Shown here in pieces: positions 55,101-64,000 of a DNA stretch of 64,000 nt. The DNA lies in assembly GCA_964462595.1 (NCBI GenBank), contig CAYWXM010000060.1, positions 9,029 to 73,028 of the forward strand, in the 5' to 3' direction. This DNA is from an uncultured Actinomycetota bacterium (GTDB lineage Bacteria; Actinomycetota; Geothermincolia; Geothermincolales; RBG-13-55-18). The position numbers and the translations under genes are program-made. Each line of letters opens with the position of its first letter. Position 1 is the first letter of the stretch. Below the pieces are notes generated by a model. It did not search any database and had not been told where the DNA came from. It worked only from the letters and a program-made list of their open reading frames with translations.

Positions 55101-55349
55101 AGGTCCACTCCGCAGGTAGTTTAAAGGTAGCTGCCCCGATACTTGAATTTCATGATATCAAAGCCGGGGCAATAACGGCAGGGCCGGAAGTGGCCACGGC
55201 AAAACGGCGAGGGCTTACGGGGTGGAATCCGGGGCCGCCGGCAGTGCCGGAACGCTGCCCCGAAGCCGGGAGAGTCGACGGCGGACCTGGTGCATTGCCT
55301 CAACCCGGTTTGATATATTACAGGTGGACGAGGCGTTCGGGCATCGTGA

Positions 55350-57383
<2,034 letters not shown>

Positions 57384-57403
57384 ACGGGAACGGAAGGAGA
57401 GAG

Positions 57404-57685
57404 ATGATAGAGGAGAAGGACGTCGAGTACGTGGCCCTGCTGGCGCGCCTGGAATTGAGCGAGGAGGAAAAAGAGGTTTTCACCCGCCAGCTGGGGCAGG
57501 TCCTGGAGCATGCGGAGAAGATAAGGTCTCTTGATACGGAGGACGTGGAGCCCACCTCTCACGCCATACCCCTGAAGAACGTCATGCGTCCGGATGAGGT
57601 ACGGCCATGCCTGTCCCAGGAGGAAGCGCTCTCGAACGCGCCTCGTGCCGAGGGCGGATACTTCGTGGTGCCCAAGATCGTCTGA
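57404..57685 (+). CDS. gatC: Asp-tRNA(Asn)/Glu-tRNA(Gln) amidotransferase subunit C
   Basis: 93 aa, GatC pattern ...VEYVA.LARLELSEEE... Confidence 0.8.
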   Translation: MIEEKDVEYVALLARLELSEEEKEVFTRQLGQVLEHAEKIRSLDTEDVEPTSHAIPLKNVMRPDEVRPCLSQEEALSNAPRAEGGYFVVPKIV

Positions 57686-57703
57686 AGGGCAGGGGAGTCG
57701 GAA

Positions 57704-58381
57704 TTGAGCCCATACGTCATGGTGGCTACGGCCCTGGTCCTGCTGGGTATAGTGGCCTGGCTCTGGCAGTATAAGGAAACGCGCGGAGAGCCGGCGCGCT
57801 TCCTGCTGTCATGGCTCGTCCTGGTCGCGTTGAGCGCCCTCGCGGGCGCTGCCGGCATGTGGATAGGGGACGCGTCGGTGAGCCAGTCCTTCGCCGCCGC
57901 GGAGCGACTGTTTCTGATGGGCGCTGTTTTTCTGCTCTTTCTCTTTGCTCGTTCCTTCAGTGAGGCGGCGGGTTTCGCCCTCCTCTACTGGTCTATCCCC
58001 TTGCAGTTGGGAACGGCGGTGATCGTTTGGAACTGGCAAAGCTTATTCGTGCTCAGCGGTGGTTCCTGGGTCATGGACATGGGGGAGCCGGCCGCCCTGC
58101 TCACCGTGGCCGTAAACTGGTTTTATGGAGTGATGGCTTTCGTCTACGCGGCTATCCTCTACCTTACCCTGCGCCGCGAAGGGCGGGGTAGAGAGAGCGG
58201 CAGGACGCTGATCATGGTCTCGGGGATCGTCGTGCTCTTCGTGGCCAGCGGGCTGCAGGGCTCCATCAGCGGTGCGGCCGGATATGCTGTCAGTATCGCG
58301 TATCTCGGGCAACTGGCGGGAGTTCTGCTGCTGGTCTGGGCATTTCGCGGCCCCAGGATATTCAGAACCGCAGAGAGATAA
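57704..58381 (+). CDS. hypothetical polytopic membrane protein inserted between gatC and gatA (TTG start; alt ATG 57719)
   Basis: ~225 aa, 6 predicted TM helices; stop codon overlaps gatA RBS. Confidence 0.5.
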   Translation: MSPYVMVATALVLLGIVAWLWQYKETRGEPARFLLSWLVLVALSALAGAAGMWIGDASVSQSFAAAERLFLMGAVFLLFLFARSFSEAAGFALLYWSIPLQLGTAVIVWNWQSLFVLSGGSWVMDMGEPAALLTVAVNWFYGVMAFVYAAILYLTLRREGRGRESGRTLIMVSGIVVLFVASGLQGSISGAAGYAVSIAYLGQLAGVLLLVWAFRGPRIFRTAER

Positions 58382-58388
58382 GGAGTGC

Positions 58389-59858
58389 ATGGAATTGGAT
58401 TCGTTCTACAATATGAAGGCATGGGAATTGCGGGGGCTCATGGCTCGCGGCGAGATCAGGGCCACGGAGATCCTGGACTCGGTGCTCGAACGCCTGCAGG
58501 GAGTTGAGGACAGGGTCCACTCCTATATAACCCTCACGCCCGATGAGGCGCGGGCGGCCGCGGAGGCAGCGGATGAGGCTGGGGTTGCTGGCGCCGTGGC
58601 GGGCATACCCATGGCGGTCAAGGACGTATTATGCACGCGGGGGGTGCGCACTACCTGCGGCTCGCGCATGCTCGAGAACTTCGTGCCCGTCTACGACGCC
58701 ACAGTGATCGCGAAGCTTCGCGGCGAGGGGCTGGTGATGGTGGGAAAGGCCAACATGGACGAGTTCACCATGGGCTCTTCCACCGAGAACTCCGCCTACG
58801 GCCCTACCCGCAACCCGTGGGATCTGCAACGGGTTCCCGGAGGCTCGAGCGGTGGCTCCGCGGCGGCGGTGGCGGCGGGGGAGGCCATATGGTCACTAGG
58901 TTCGGACACCGGAGGCTCCATCCGCCAGCCCGCTTCGTTCTGCGGGCTGGTGGGGCTCAAGCCCACTTACGGGCTGGTCTCCCGTTACGGGCTGGTGGCC
59001 TTCGCATCCTCGCTGGACCAGGTGGGGCCCATAACCCGCGACGTCAGGGATTGCGCGCTCCTGCTGTCCCTGCTCGCCGGGCATGACCCCATGGATTCCA
59101 CCTCCTTAGGCGTGGGAATCCCCGATTACCAGGCCGAGATGCAGGGAGACATAAAGGGCCTCAAGGTCGGAGTGCCCCGCGAGCTCATGCAGGAGGGCCT
59201 TACGCCCGGGGTGAGGAACGCGATGGAAAAAAGCCTCGAACTCTTCGCGCAGCTGGGAGCCGAGGTGGAGGAGGCCACGCTGCCCAACCTGGACTACGCC
59301 CTCTCCGCTTACTATATCATCGCTCCCGCCGAGGCGAGCTCCAACCTGGCGAGGTTCGACGGTGTGCGCTACGGCAAGAGGGTCGAGGAGGCCGAGGATA
59401 TGCTGCAGATGTACATGCGCACGCGCGCCGTGGGCTTCGGGCCCGAGGTGAAAAGGCGCATCATGCTCGGTACCTATGCTCTCTCGGCGGGGTACTACGA
59501 CGCATATTACGGGCAGGCCCAGAAAGTGAGGACCCTTATCGTGAGGGACTTCCAGGCCGCGTACGAGAAGTTCGACGTCCTGGTCAGCCCCACTTCGCCG
59601 ACCACGTCTTTCGGCCTGGGGGAGAAGGCGGGCGACCCGCTGTCCATGTACCTCTCGGACGTCTGCACCATACCGGTCAACCTTGCCGGTATCCCGGCTG
59701 TCAGCATACCGTGCGGGCTGGAGGACGGGCTTCCGGTGGGCCTGCAGATAATGGGCAAGGTCCTGGGTGAAACCACGGTTCTGCGTGCTGCCCGGGCCAT
59801 GGAGGAGGCCCTGGATTTCCGGGAGAAACCGGGCGCGGAGGGAGGGCTGGAGACATGA
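58389..59858 (+). CDS. gatA: Glu-tRNA(Gln)/Asp-tRNA(Asn) amidotransferase subunit A (track ORF N-terminal 39 aa rejected)
   Basis: Amidase signature [12 protein letters not shown]..., catalytic Ser in [12 protein letters not shown]; TAAGGAG RBS. Confidence 0.9.
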   Translation: MELDSFYNMKAWELRGLMARGEIRATEILDSVLERLQGVEDRVHSYITLTPDEARAAAEAADEAGVAGAVAGIPMAVKDVLCTRGVRTTCGSRMLENFVPVYDATVIAKLRGEGLVMVGKANMDEFTMGSSTENSAYGPTRNPWDLQRVPGGSSGGSAAAVAAGEAIWSLGSDTGGSIRQPASFCGLVGLKPTYGLVSRYGLVAFASSLDQVGPITRDVRDCALLLSLLAGHDPMDSTSLGVGIPDYQAEMQGDIKGLKVGVPRELMQEGLTPGVRNAMEKSLELFAQLGAEVEEATLPNLDYALSAYYIIAPAEASSNLARFDGVRYGKRVEEAEDMLQMYMRTRAVGFGPEVKRRIMLGTYALSAGYYDAYYGQAQKVRTLIVRDFQAAYEKFDVLVSPTSPTTSFGLGEKAGDPLSMYLSDVCTIPVNLAGIPAVSIPCGLEDGLPVGLQIMGKVLGETTVLRAARAMEEALDFREKPGAEGGLET

Positions 59859-61312
59859 GCGGGTACGAAGCGGTAATAGGACTGGAGATACACGTTGAGC
59901 TCAAGACCGTATCCAAGATGTTCTGCTCCTGCGACGCATCCTTCGGCGGGGAGCCCAACTCCAGGACATGCCCGGTCTGCCTGGGGCTGCCGGGGGTATT
60001 GCCGGTGCTCAACCTCAGGGCGGTGGAGCTGGCGGCGCGGCTGGCCCTGGCCCTCGATTGCGAGATAGCGCCATACAGCATCTTCCACCGCAAGAACTAT
60101 TTCTATCCTGATATGCCTAAAAATTTCCAGATCTCCCAGTACGATCTTCCGCTGGGGGTGGGAGGTCATCTCGACCTGGAGATGGAGGAGGGCGGCCTGC
60201 GCGTGGACATAACCCGAGCGCACCTGGAGGAAGACACCGGCAAGAGCGTGCACGTAAGCGAGAGCGGGAGGATACACGGCTCTGAGTACAGCCTGGAAGA
60301 TTTCAACCGCGCCGGAGTACCCCTGCTGGAGATCGTGACCGAGCCCGATATCCGCACGCCCGAGCAGGCCCGGGCTTTCGTGCAGGAGCTCAAGAGCATC
60401 ATGGAGCACCTGGAGATTTCCGACTGCAAGATGGAGGAGGGCAGCCTGCGCTGCGATGCCAATATCTCGCTGCGGCCACAGGGCTCGGCACAGTTCGGAG
60501 TAAAGGCGGAGATAAAGAACATGAATTCCTTCCGGGCCCTTTACCGCGCCCTTGATTACGAGATCGGGAGGCAGGAAGACGTGCTGTCGCGGGGCGGAGA
60601 GGTGGTGCAGGAGACGCGGCACTGGGACGCGGACGCCAACGTTACCACGCCCCTGCGCAACAAGGAATACGCGTTCGACTACCGCTATTTCCCCGAGCCG
60701 GACCTGGTACCCCTGGAGCTGGACCAGGCATTCGTCGAAGGGGTGCGGGCGGGGCTGCCGGAGCTCCCGGCCGAAAGGAGGAGGCGTTTGCGCGAGGATT
60801 ACGGCCTGCCCGCGCACGATGCCTCGCTGCTGACTTCCTCCAAGGCCATGGGCGATTTCTACGAGGAAGCGGTGGCAGCGGGGGCCGACCCCAAGGCGGC
60901 CAGCAACTGGATGATGGGGGAACTTTCCGCGTACCTGAACGCTAAAAATATCGAGATCGGCGAACTAAAGGTAACGCCTTCCCGGCTGGCGGCGATGATC
61001 TCCCTCGTGGACGAAGAGGTCATCAGCGGCAAGATAGCCAAGTCCGTCTTCGAGGAGATGCTGGAGAGCGGCAAGGACCCGGACGCGATCGTGAAAGAGA
61101 GGGGCATCACCCAGATCAGCGACCAGGAGGAGCTGGCAAGGCACATAGGGGAGGCGATAAGGGAGAACCCGGATAGTGTTGAGGACTACCGAAAGGGAAA
61201 GCAGAAAGCGCTGGGATTCCTTGTCGGACAGGTGATGCGCAAGACCGGGGGCCGGGCGAATCCGCAGGTTCTGAACGAGATGTTGCGAAAGAGCCTGGAT
61301 GACGGGTCTTGA
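59855..61312 (+). CDS. gatB: Glu-tRNA(Gln)/Asp-tRNA(Asn) amidotransferase subunit B
   Basis: GatB N-terminal [16 protein letters not shown]...CPVCLGLPG; overlaps gatA stop (ATGA). Confidence 0.9.
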   Translation: MSGYEAVIGLEIHVELKTVSKMFCSCDASFGGEPNSRTCPVCLGLPGVLPVLNLRAVELAARLALALDCEIAPYSIFHRKNYFYPDMPKNFQISQYDLPLGVGGHLDLEMEEGGLRVDITRAHLEEDTGKSVHVSESGRIHGSEYSLEDFNRAGVPLLEIVTEPDIRTPEQARAFVQELKSIMEHLEISDCKMEEGSLRCDANISLRPQGSAQFGVKAEIKNMNSFRALYRALDYEIGRQEDVLSRGGEVVQETRHWDADANVTTPLRNKEYAFDYRYFPEPDLVPLELDQAFVEGVRAGLPELPAERRRRLREDYGLPAHDASLLTSSKAMGDFYEEAVAAGADPKAASNWMMGELSAYLNAKNIEIGELKVTPSRLAAMISLVDEEVISGKIAKSVFEEMLESGKDPDAIVKERGITQISDQEELARHIGEAIRENPDSVEDYRKGKQKALGFLVGQVMRKTGGRANPQVLNEMLRKSLDDGS

Positions 61313-61347
61313 ATTGCGTTGACAGGCAGGAAATCGGGAGGTAAGTA

Positions 61348-62304
61348 ATGGATGCTGAAACCGAGAGGATATGCCCGAGTTGCGGAAAGCAGGTGAAGGC
61401 GGGAGCCGCGTTCTGCACCTATTGCGGAGCTGCCCTGGGGGTTGCAGAAGAGGCTGCGGCAGCCGCGCCCCCCACAGGCGAGCCGGCTCCTGAGCAGGAG
61501 GAGACGACGCAGCCGCTGCCGCAGGCGGCGGAGACGGCCACACCCGTACCGCTGGTTCCCCCCACAGCCGGCGTGGCGGCAGCGCCGGGGTTCGTGCCCC
61601 GGACGTCCCCGAAAAGTAGCAAGTTGCCTCTTCTCGTGGGTCTGGCGGGAGGAATACTGGTAATCGCGGGAATAGCGTTGCTGGTGCTCTGGCTCACGGT
61701 ATGGAATAGCGGCGGAGGGGGGAGCGGAGACCCCATATCACTGGCGGAGAAATACATAAACGCGATGGAAAAAGGCGACTTCGATGGCTATCTCGGGTGC
61801 TTCGAGGAAGGCTACATGGATAGTTACATGGAGGACAACCCCGTGCTCGAGGGAATGGGCGTGGACATCGAGGAAATGATGAGGATGACCTTCGATATGA
61901 TGGAGGTCGAGTTCGAGGACTATGCCCTGGAGATCGAGTCCGAGGGGGAGCAGGAGGCGACGGTGGTCACCACCAGGGGAACCGCCACCTTGTCGGTTAT
62001 GGGGTTTGAGCAGGTATACGACCTGTCGGAGGAACCCATGGTGTTCGAGATGATCGAGGAAGGCGGCAGTTGGTACCTGACCAGGGATCCCATGCCGGGA
62101 TCTATGGGCGGCGACATGGACTTCGATATGGGTGACCTCGAGGAAATGGAATACGAGGATTTCGACCTGGAGGACATGAGTGAGCTGCTACCCGAAGAAA
62201 TGGATCTCGAGGACCTGGAGGACATGAGCTCCGAGGACCTGGAGAAGATGCTGGAGGAGCTGGAGCAGCTCATGGAGGACCTTCCCGAGGAAAGCAGCAC
62301 CTGA
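61348..62304 (+). CDS. zinc-ribbon membrane protein with Pro/Ala-rich linker, single TM, DUF4878-like domain and highly acidic (E/D/M-rich) C-terminal tail
   Basis: CPSCGK...CTYCG zinc ribbon; TM LPLLVGLAGGILVIAGIALLVLWL; C-terminal DLEDMSELLPEEMDLEDLEDM repeats. Confidence 0.5.
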   Translation: MDAETERICPSCGKQVKAGAAFCTYCGAALGVAEEAAAAAPPTGEPAPEQEETTQPLPQAAETATPVPLVPPTAGVAAAPGFVPRTSPKSSKLPLLVGLAGGILVIAGIALLVLWLTVWNSGGGGSGDPISLAEKYINAMEKGDFDGYLGCFEEGYMDSYMEDNPVLEGMGVDIEEMMRMTFDMMEVEFEDYALEIESEGEQEATVVTTRGTATLSVMGFEQVYDLSEEPMVFEMIEEGGSWYLTRDPMPGSMGGDMDFDMGDLEEMEYEDFDLEDMSELLPEEMDLEDLEDMSSEDLEKMLEELEQLMEDLPEESST

Positions 62305-62323
62305 GCTTTTTCCGAGACACAAA

Positions 62324-62357
62324 GAGGTGGAGCCGCGAAGCTCCACCTCCGTTATTG
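62324..62357 (+). terminator. intrinsic terminator after zinc-ribbon protein gene
   Basis: Perfect 10-bp GC stem GAGGTGGAGC-CGCGAA-GCTCCACCTC followed by CGTTATTG. Confidence 0.5.
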
Positions 62358-62499
62358 AAAGGGCAGGAGAGCGCGGGGCGTGGCGATGCGGCAGCGCTGC
62401 TGGATGAGCGTTGCGGGCGATAAACCGCCGCACAGGGAAATGCCGGATCGCGTTTGATCCACGCGCTGGAGGTCTTCCGGCGAGGTCCGATCGCCGGGA

Positions 62500-62527
62500 A
62501 CGTGAAAGCGGGGGTAGCACCCCCGCT
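62500..62527 (-). terminator. intrinsic terminator downstream of gcvH (minus strand)
   Basis: GCGGGGG-TGCTA-CCCCCGC hairpin followed on minus strand by TTTCAC. Confidence 0.45.
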
Positions 62528-62567
62528 CCCTATTTAAACGACCTGATGTTTTCGGTGCTGTTTTCTG

Positions 62568-62945
62568 CTACTCGGCTATCAGCTTCTCGTAGGCCGCCGC
62601 GTCCAGGAGGTCATCGACTCCTGAGGGATCGGCGAGTTCGACCTTGACCATCCAACCGGCCTCGTAGCAATCCTCGTTGACAATCTCCGGCGCCTCGACT
62701 ACTTCCTGGTTGGTCTCGATGATAGTACCGTTCACGGGGCTGTAGACGTCGGAAACCGACTTCACCGATTCGATCTCCGCGTAGGGATTGCCCGCCTTCA
62801 CTTCCGTCCCCGTATCGGGGAGTTCGAGGAAAACGATCTCCCCCAGCTGGTCCTGGGCGTAGTAGGTTATCCCCAGGGTGGCGATGTTGCCATCGATCCT
62901 GGCCCAGCAATGCTCCACGTGATACTTGAGGTCTTCCGGGTACAT
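62568..62945 (-). CDS. gcvH: glycine cleavage system H protein (lipoyl carrier)
   Basis: Lipoyl-lysine motif ...EIESVKSVSDVYSPV...; 125 aa. Confidence 0.85.
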   Translation of the reverse strand: MYPEDLKYHVEHCWARIDGNIATLGITYYAQDQLGEIVFLELPDTGTEVKAGNPYAEIESVKSVSDVYSPVNGTIIETNQEVVEAPEIVNEDCYEAGWMVKVELADPSGVDDLLDAAAYEKLIAE

Positions 62946-63018
62946 CTGCTTTCACCTCCACATAGCTTGAATGTGACTATGACATAATATCGCAACCGAC
63001 CGGTGCGCGCCACATGTT

Positions 63019-64000
63019 CTACTTGCGTGCCGGGGTGGCGTGTATGGCGCGGGAGTGCGCCGCCTCCGCCGCCTCCATTACCCCTTCGGCGAGGCTGGGA
63101 TGGGCGTGCACCGTTCTTCCTATCTGGTTGGCGGTGACCCCCGTCTGGATGGCGAGGGCCAGCTCGTGGATGAGGTCGGAGGCGTGGGCGCTCATTATCT
63201 GGCAGCCGATAATCTTGTCGCTGGAAGCATCCACCACCAGCTGGATGAAACCCTGCCCCTTGCCCATGGCCAGGGCCTTGCCGAGGCCACCGAACATGAA
63301 ACGGCCGATCCTGGTCTCGATGCCTTTCTCCTCGGCCTTGGCAGGGGTGAGGCCTACGCTGGCGATCTCCGGCTCGGTGAAGATGCAGGCGGGGACCACG
63401 TCGTAGTTCATGACCGAGTCCACCCCCATGGCGTTTTCGGCCGCGCAGATGCCCTCGGCAGATGCCACGTGGGCCAGCAGGATGCCGCCGGCCACGTCCC
63501 CGATGGCGTATATACCCGGCGCGCTCGTCTCCAGGCGCTCGTTGACCACGATCTCCCCGCGCTTGCCCAGCTCTACTCCCGCCTTTTCCAGGCCCAGTCC
63601 CGCCGAGTTCAGCGACCTGCCGATGGATACCAGGAGTTTGTCCGCCTCCAGGATATCGCCCGTGGAGAGCTTGGCTTTCACGCCCTCCGGGCGGTATTCG
63701 ACCATCTCGTCGATGGTGGTCTCGGTGAGTATCTCGATGCCTTTCTTAACCAGTATCCTCTTCATCTGCTGTGAAACGCGTTCGTCCTCGGTGGGCAGGA
63801 TACGCGGCATGAGCTCCACCATGGTGACCTTGGTGCCCAGCGCGTTGTAGATGGTGGCGAACTCGGAGCCCACCACCCCGCTGCCCACGATGATCATGGA
63901 CTTGGGTATCGTCGTCAGCTCCAGGCCCTCCGTGGAGGTGAGGATGGCCGGCTGGTCGAAGTCGAAGGTGGGCAGGCGGGCCGGCTCCGACCCGGTGCCG
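63019..64000 (-). CDS. lpd: dihydrolipoyl dehydrogenase, 3' portion (gene continues beyond window end; N-terminal FAD/redox-disulfide region not in window)
   Basis: NAD-binding GSGVVGSEFA, central and dimerisation domains with conserved HAHP..E near C-terminus; reading frame open to nt 64000. Confidence 0.85.
   Translation of the reverse strand, partial: GTGSEPARLPTFDFDQPAILTSTEGLELTTIPKSMIIVGSGVVGSEFATIYNALGTKVTMVELMPRILPTEDERVSQQMKRILVKKGIEILTETTIDEMVEYRPEGVKAKLSTGDILEADKLLVSIGRSLNSAGLGLEKAGVELGKRGEIVVNERLETSAPGIYAIGDVAGGILLAHVASAEGICAAENAMGVDSVMNYDVVPACIFTEPEIASVGLTPAKAEEKGIETRIGRFMFGGLGKALAMGKGQGFIQLVVDASSDKIIGCQIMSAHASDLIHELALAIQTGVTANQIGRTVHAHPSLAEGVMEAAEAAHSRAIHATPARK

Noticed and set aside
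58272-58388. Upstream start of gatA ORF
   Set aside because: Overlaps preceding membrane-protein gene; GatA N-terminus begins at 58389 after TAAGGAG.
62350-62500. Additional inverted copy of the intergenic repeat between zinc-ribbon gene and gcvH
   Set aside because: Only short shared words (GCGATGC, GCGCTGG); terminal motifs not present.

Overview
This window is a GC-rich (roughly 60–65% GC by eye) bacterial chromosomal segment with dense, largely co-directional coding and no rRNA, tRNA, CRISPR, transposase or integrase detected. Its core is a near-complete Wood–Ljungdahl (reductive acetyl-CoA) gene cluster at ~17.1–40.5 kb: fhs, RACo-type corrinoid activator, cooC, fchA-like cyclohydrolase, folD, acsD, acsA/cooS, acsB, acsC, metV, metF, a core-MetE-like zinc methyltransferase, lipA, acsE, and a NuoE/NuoF/FdhA-type Cys-containing NAD(P)-linked formate dehydrogenase. 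Upstream lie a DUF4234 membrane protein; a group-II ECF transporter (EcfT/EcfA2/EcfA1) with a Gx-family S-like component and a NusG-domain-II protein; and a sugar-decoration block (SAM methyltransferase, hexapeptide acyltransferase, GalT-like HIT transferase). These are followed by an ADP-forming acetyl-CoA synthetase alpha-type protein and a minus-strand operon: FAD oxidoreductase, isochorismatase, a 54-aa membrane ORF, SAM methyltransferase, GH57 and GT4. The methyltransferase–GH57–GT4 order matches the mycobacterial methylglucose-lipopolysaccharide genes Rv3030–Rv3032. Downstream of the WL cluster are an acyl-CoA synthetase, DedA, and a nine-gene Mrp-type cation/proton antiporter module in Mbh-like order (E-F-G-B'-B''-C-D-D-A). 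One MrpD paralog in that module carries a C-terminal SdrD-B/Cna-B-like domain. It is followed by three small hypothetical membrane proteins and a UPF0280 (ApbE-like) protein, a convergent GAF histidine kinase/CheY pair, ligA, gatC, an inserted membrane-protein gene, gatA, gatB, a zinc-ribbon acidic protein, gcvH and a truncated lpd. A ~100–140-nt intergenic repeat family, with conserved termini and a compensatory GC hairpin, occurs at least four times. Many long six-frame ORFs antisense to these genes are GC-driven shadow ORFs and were not called.
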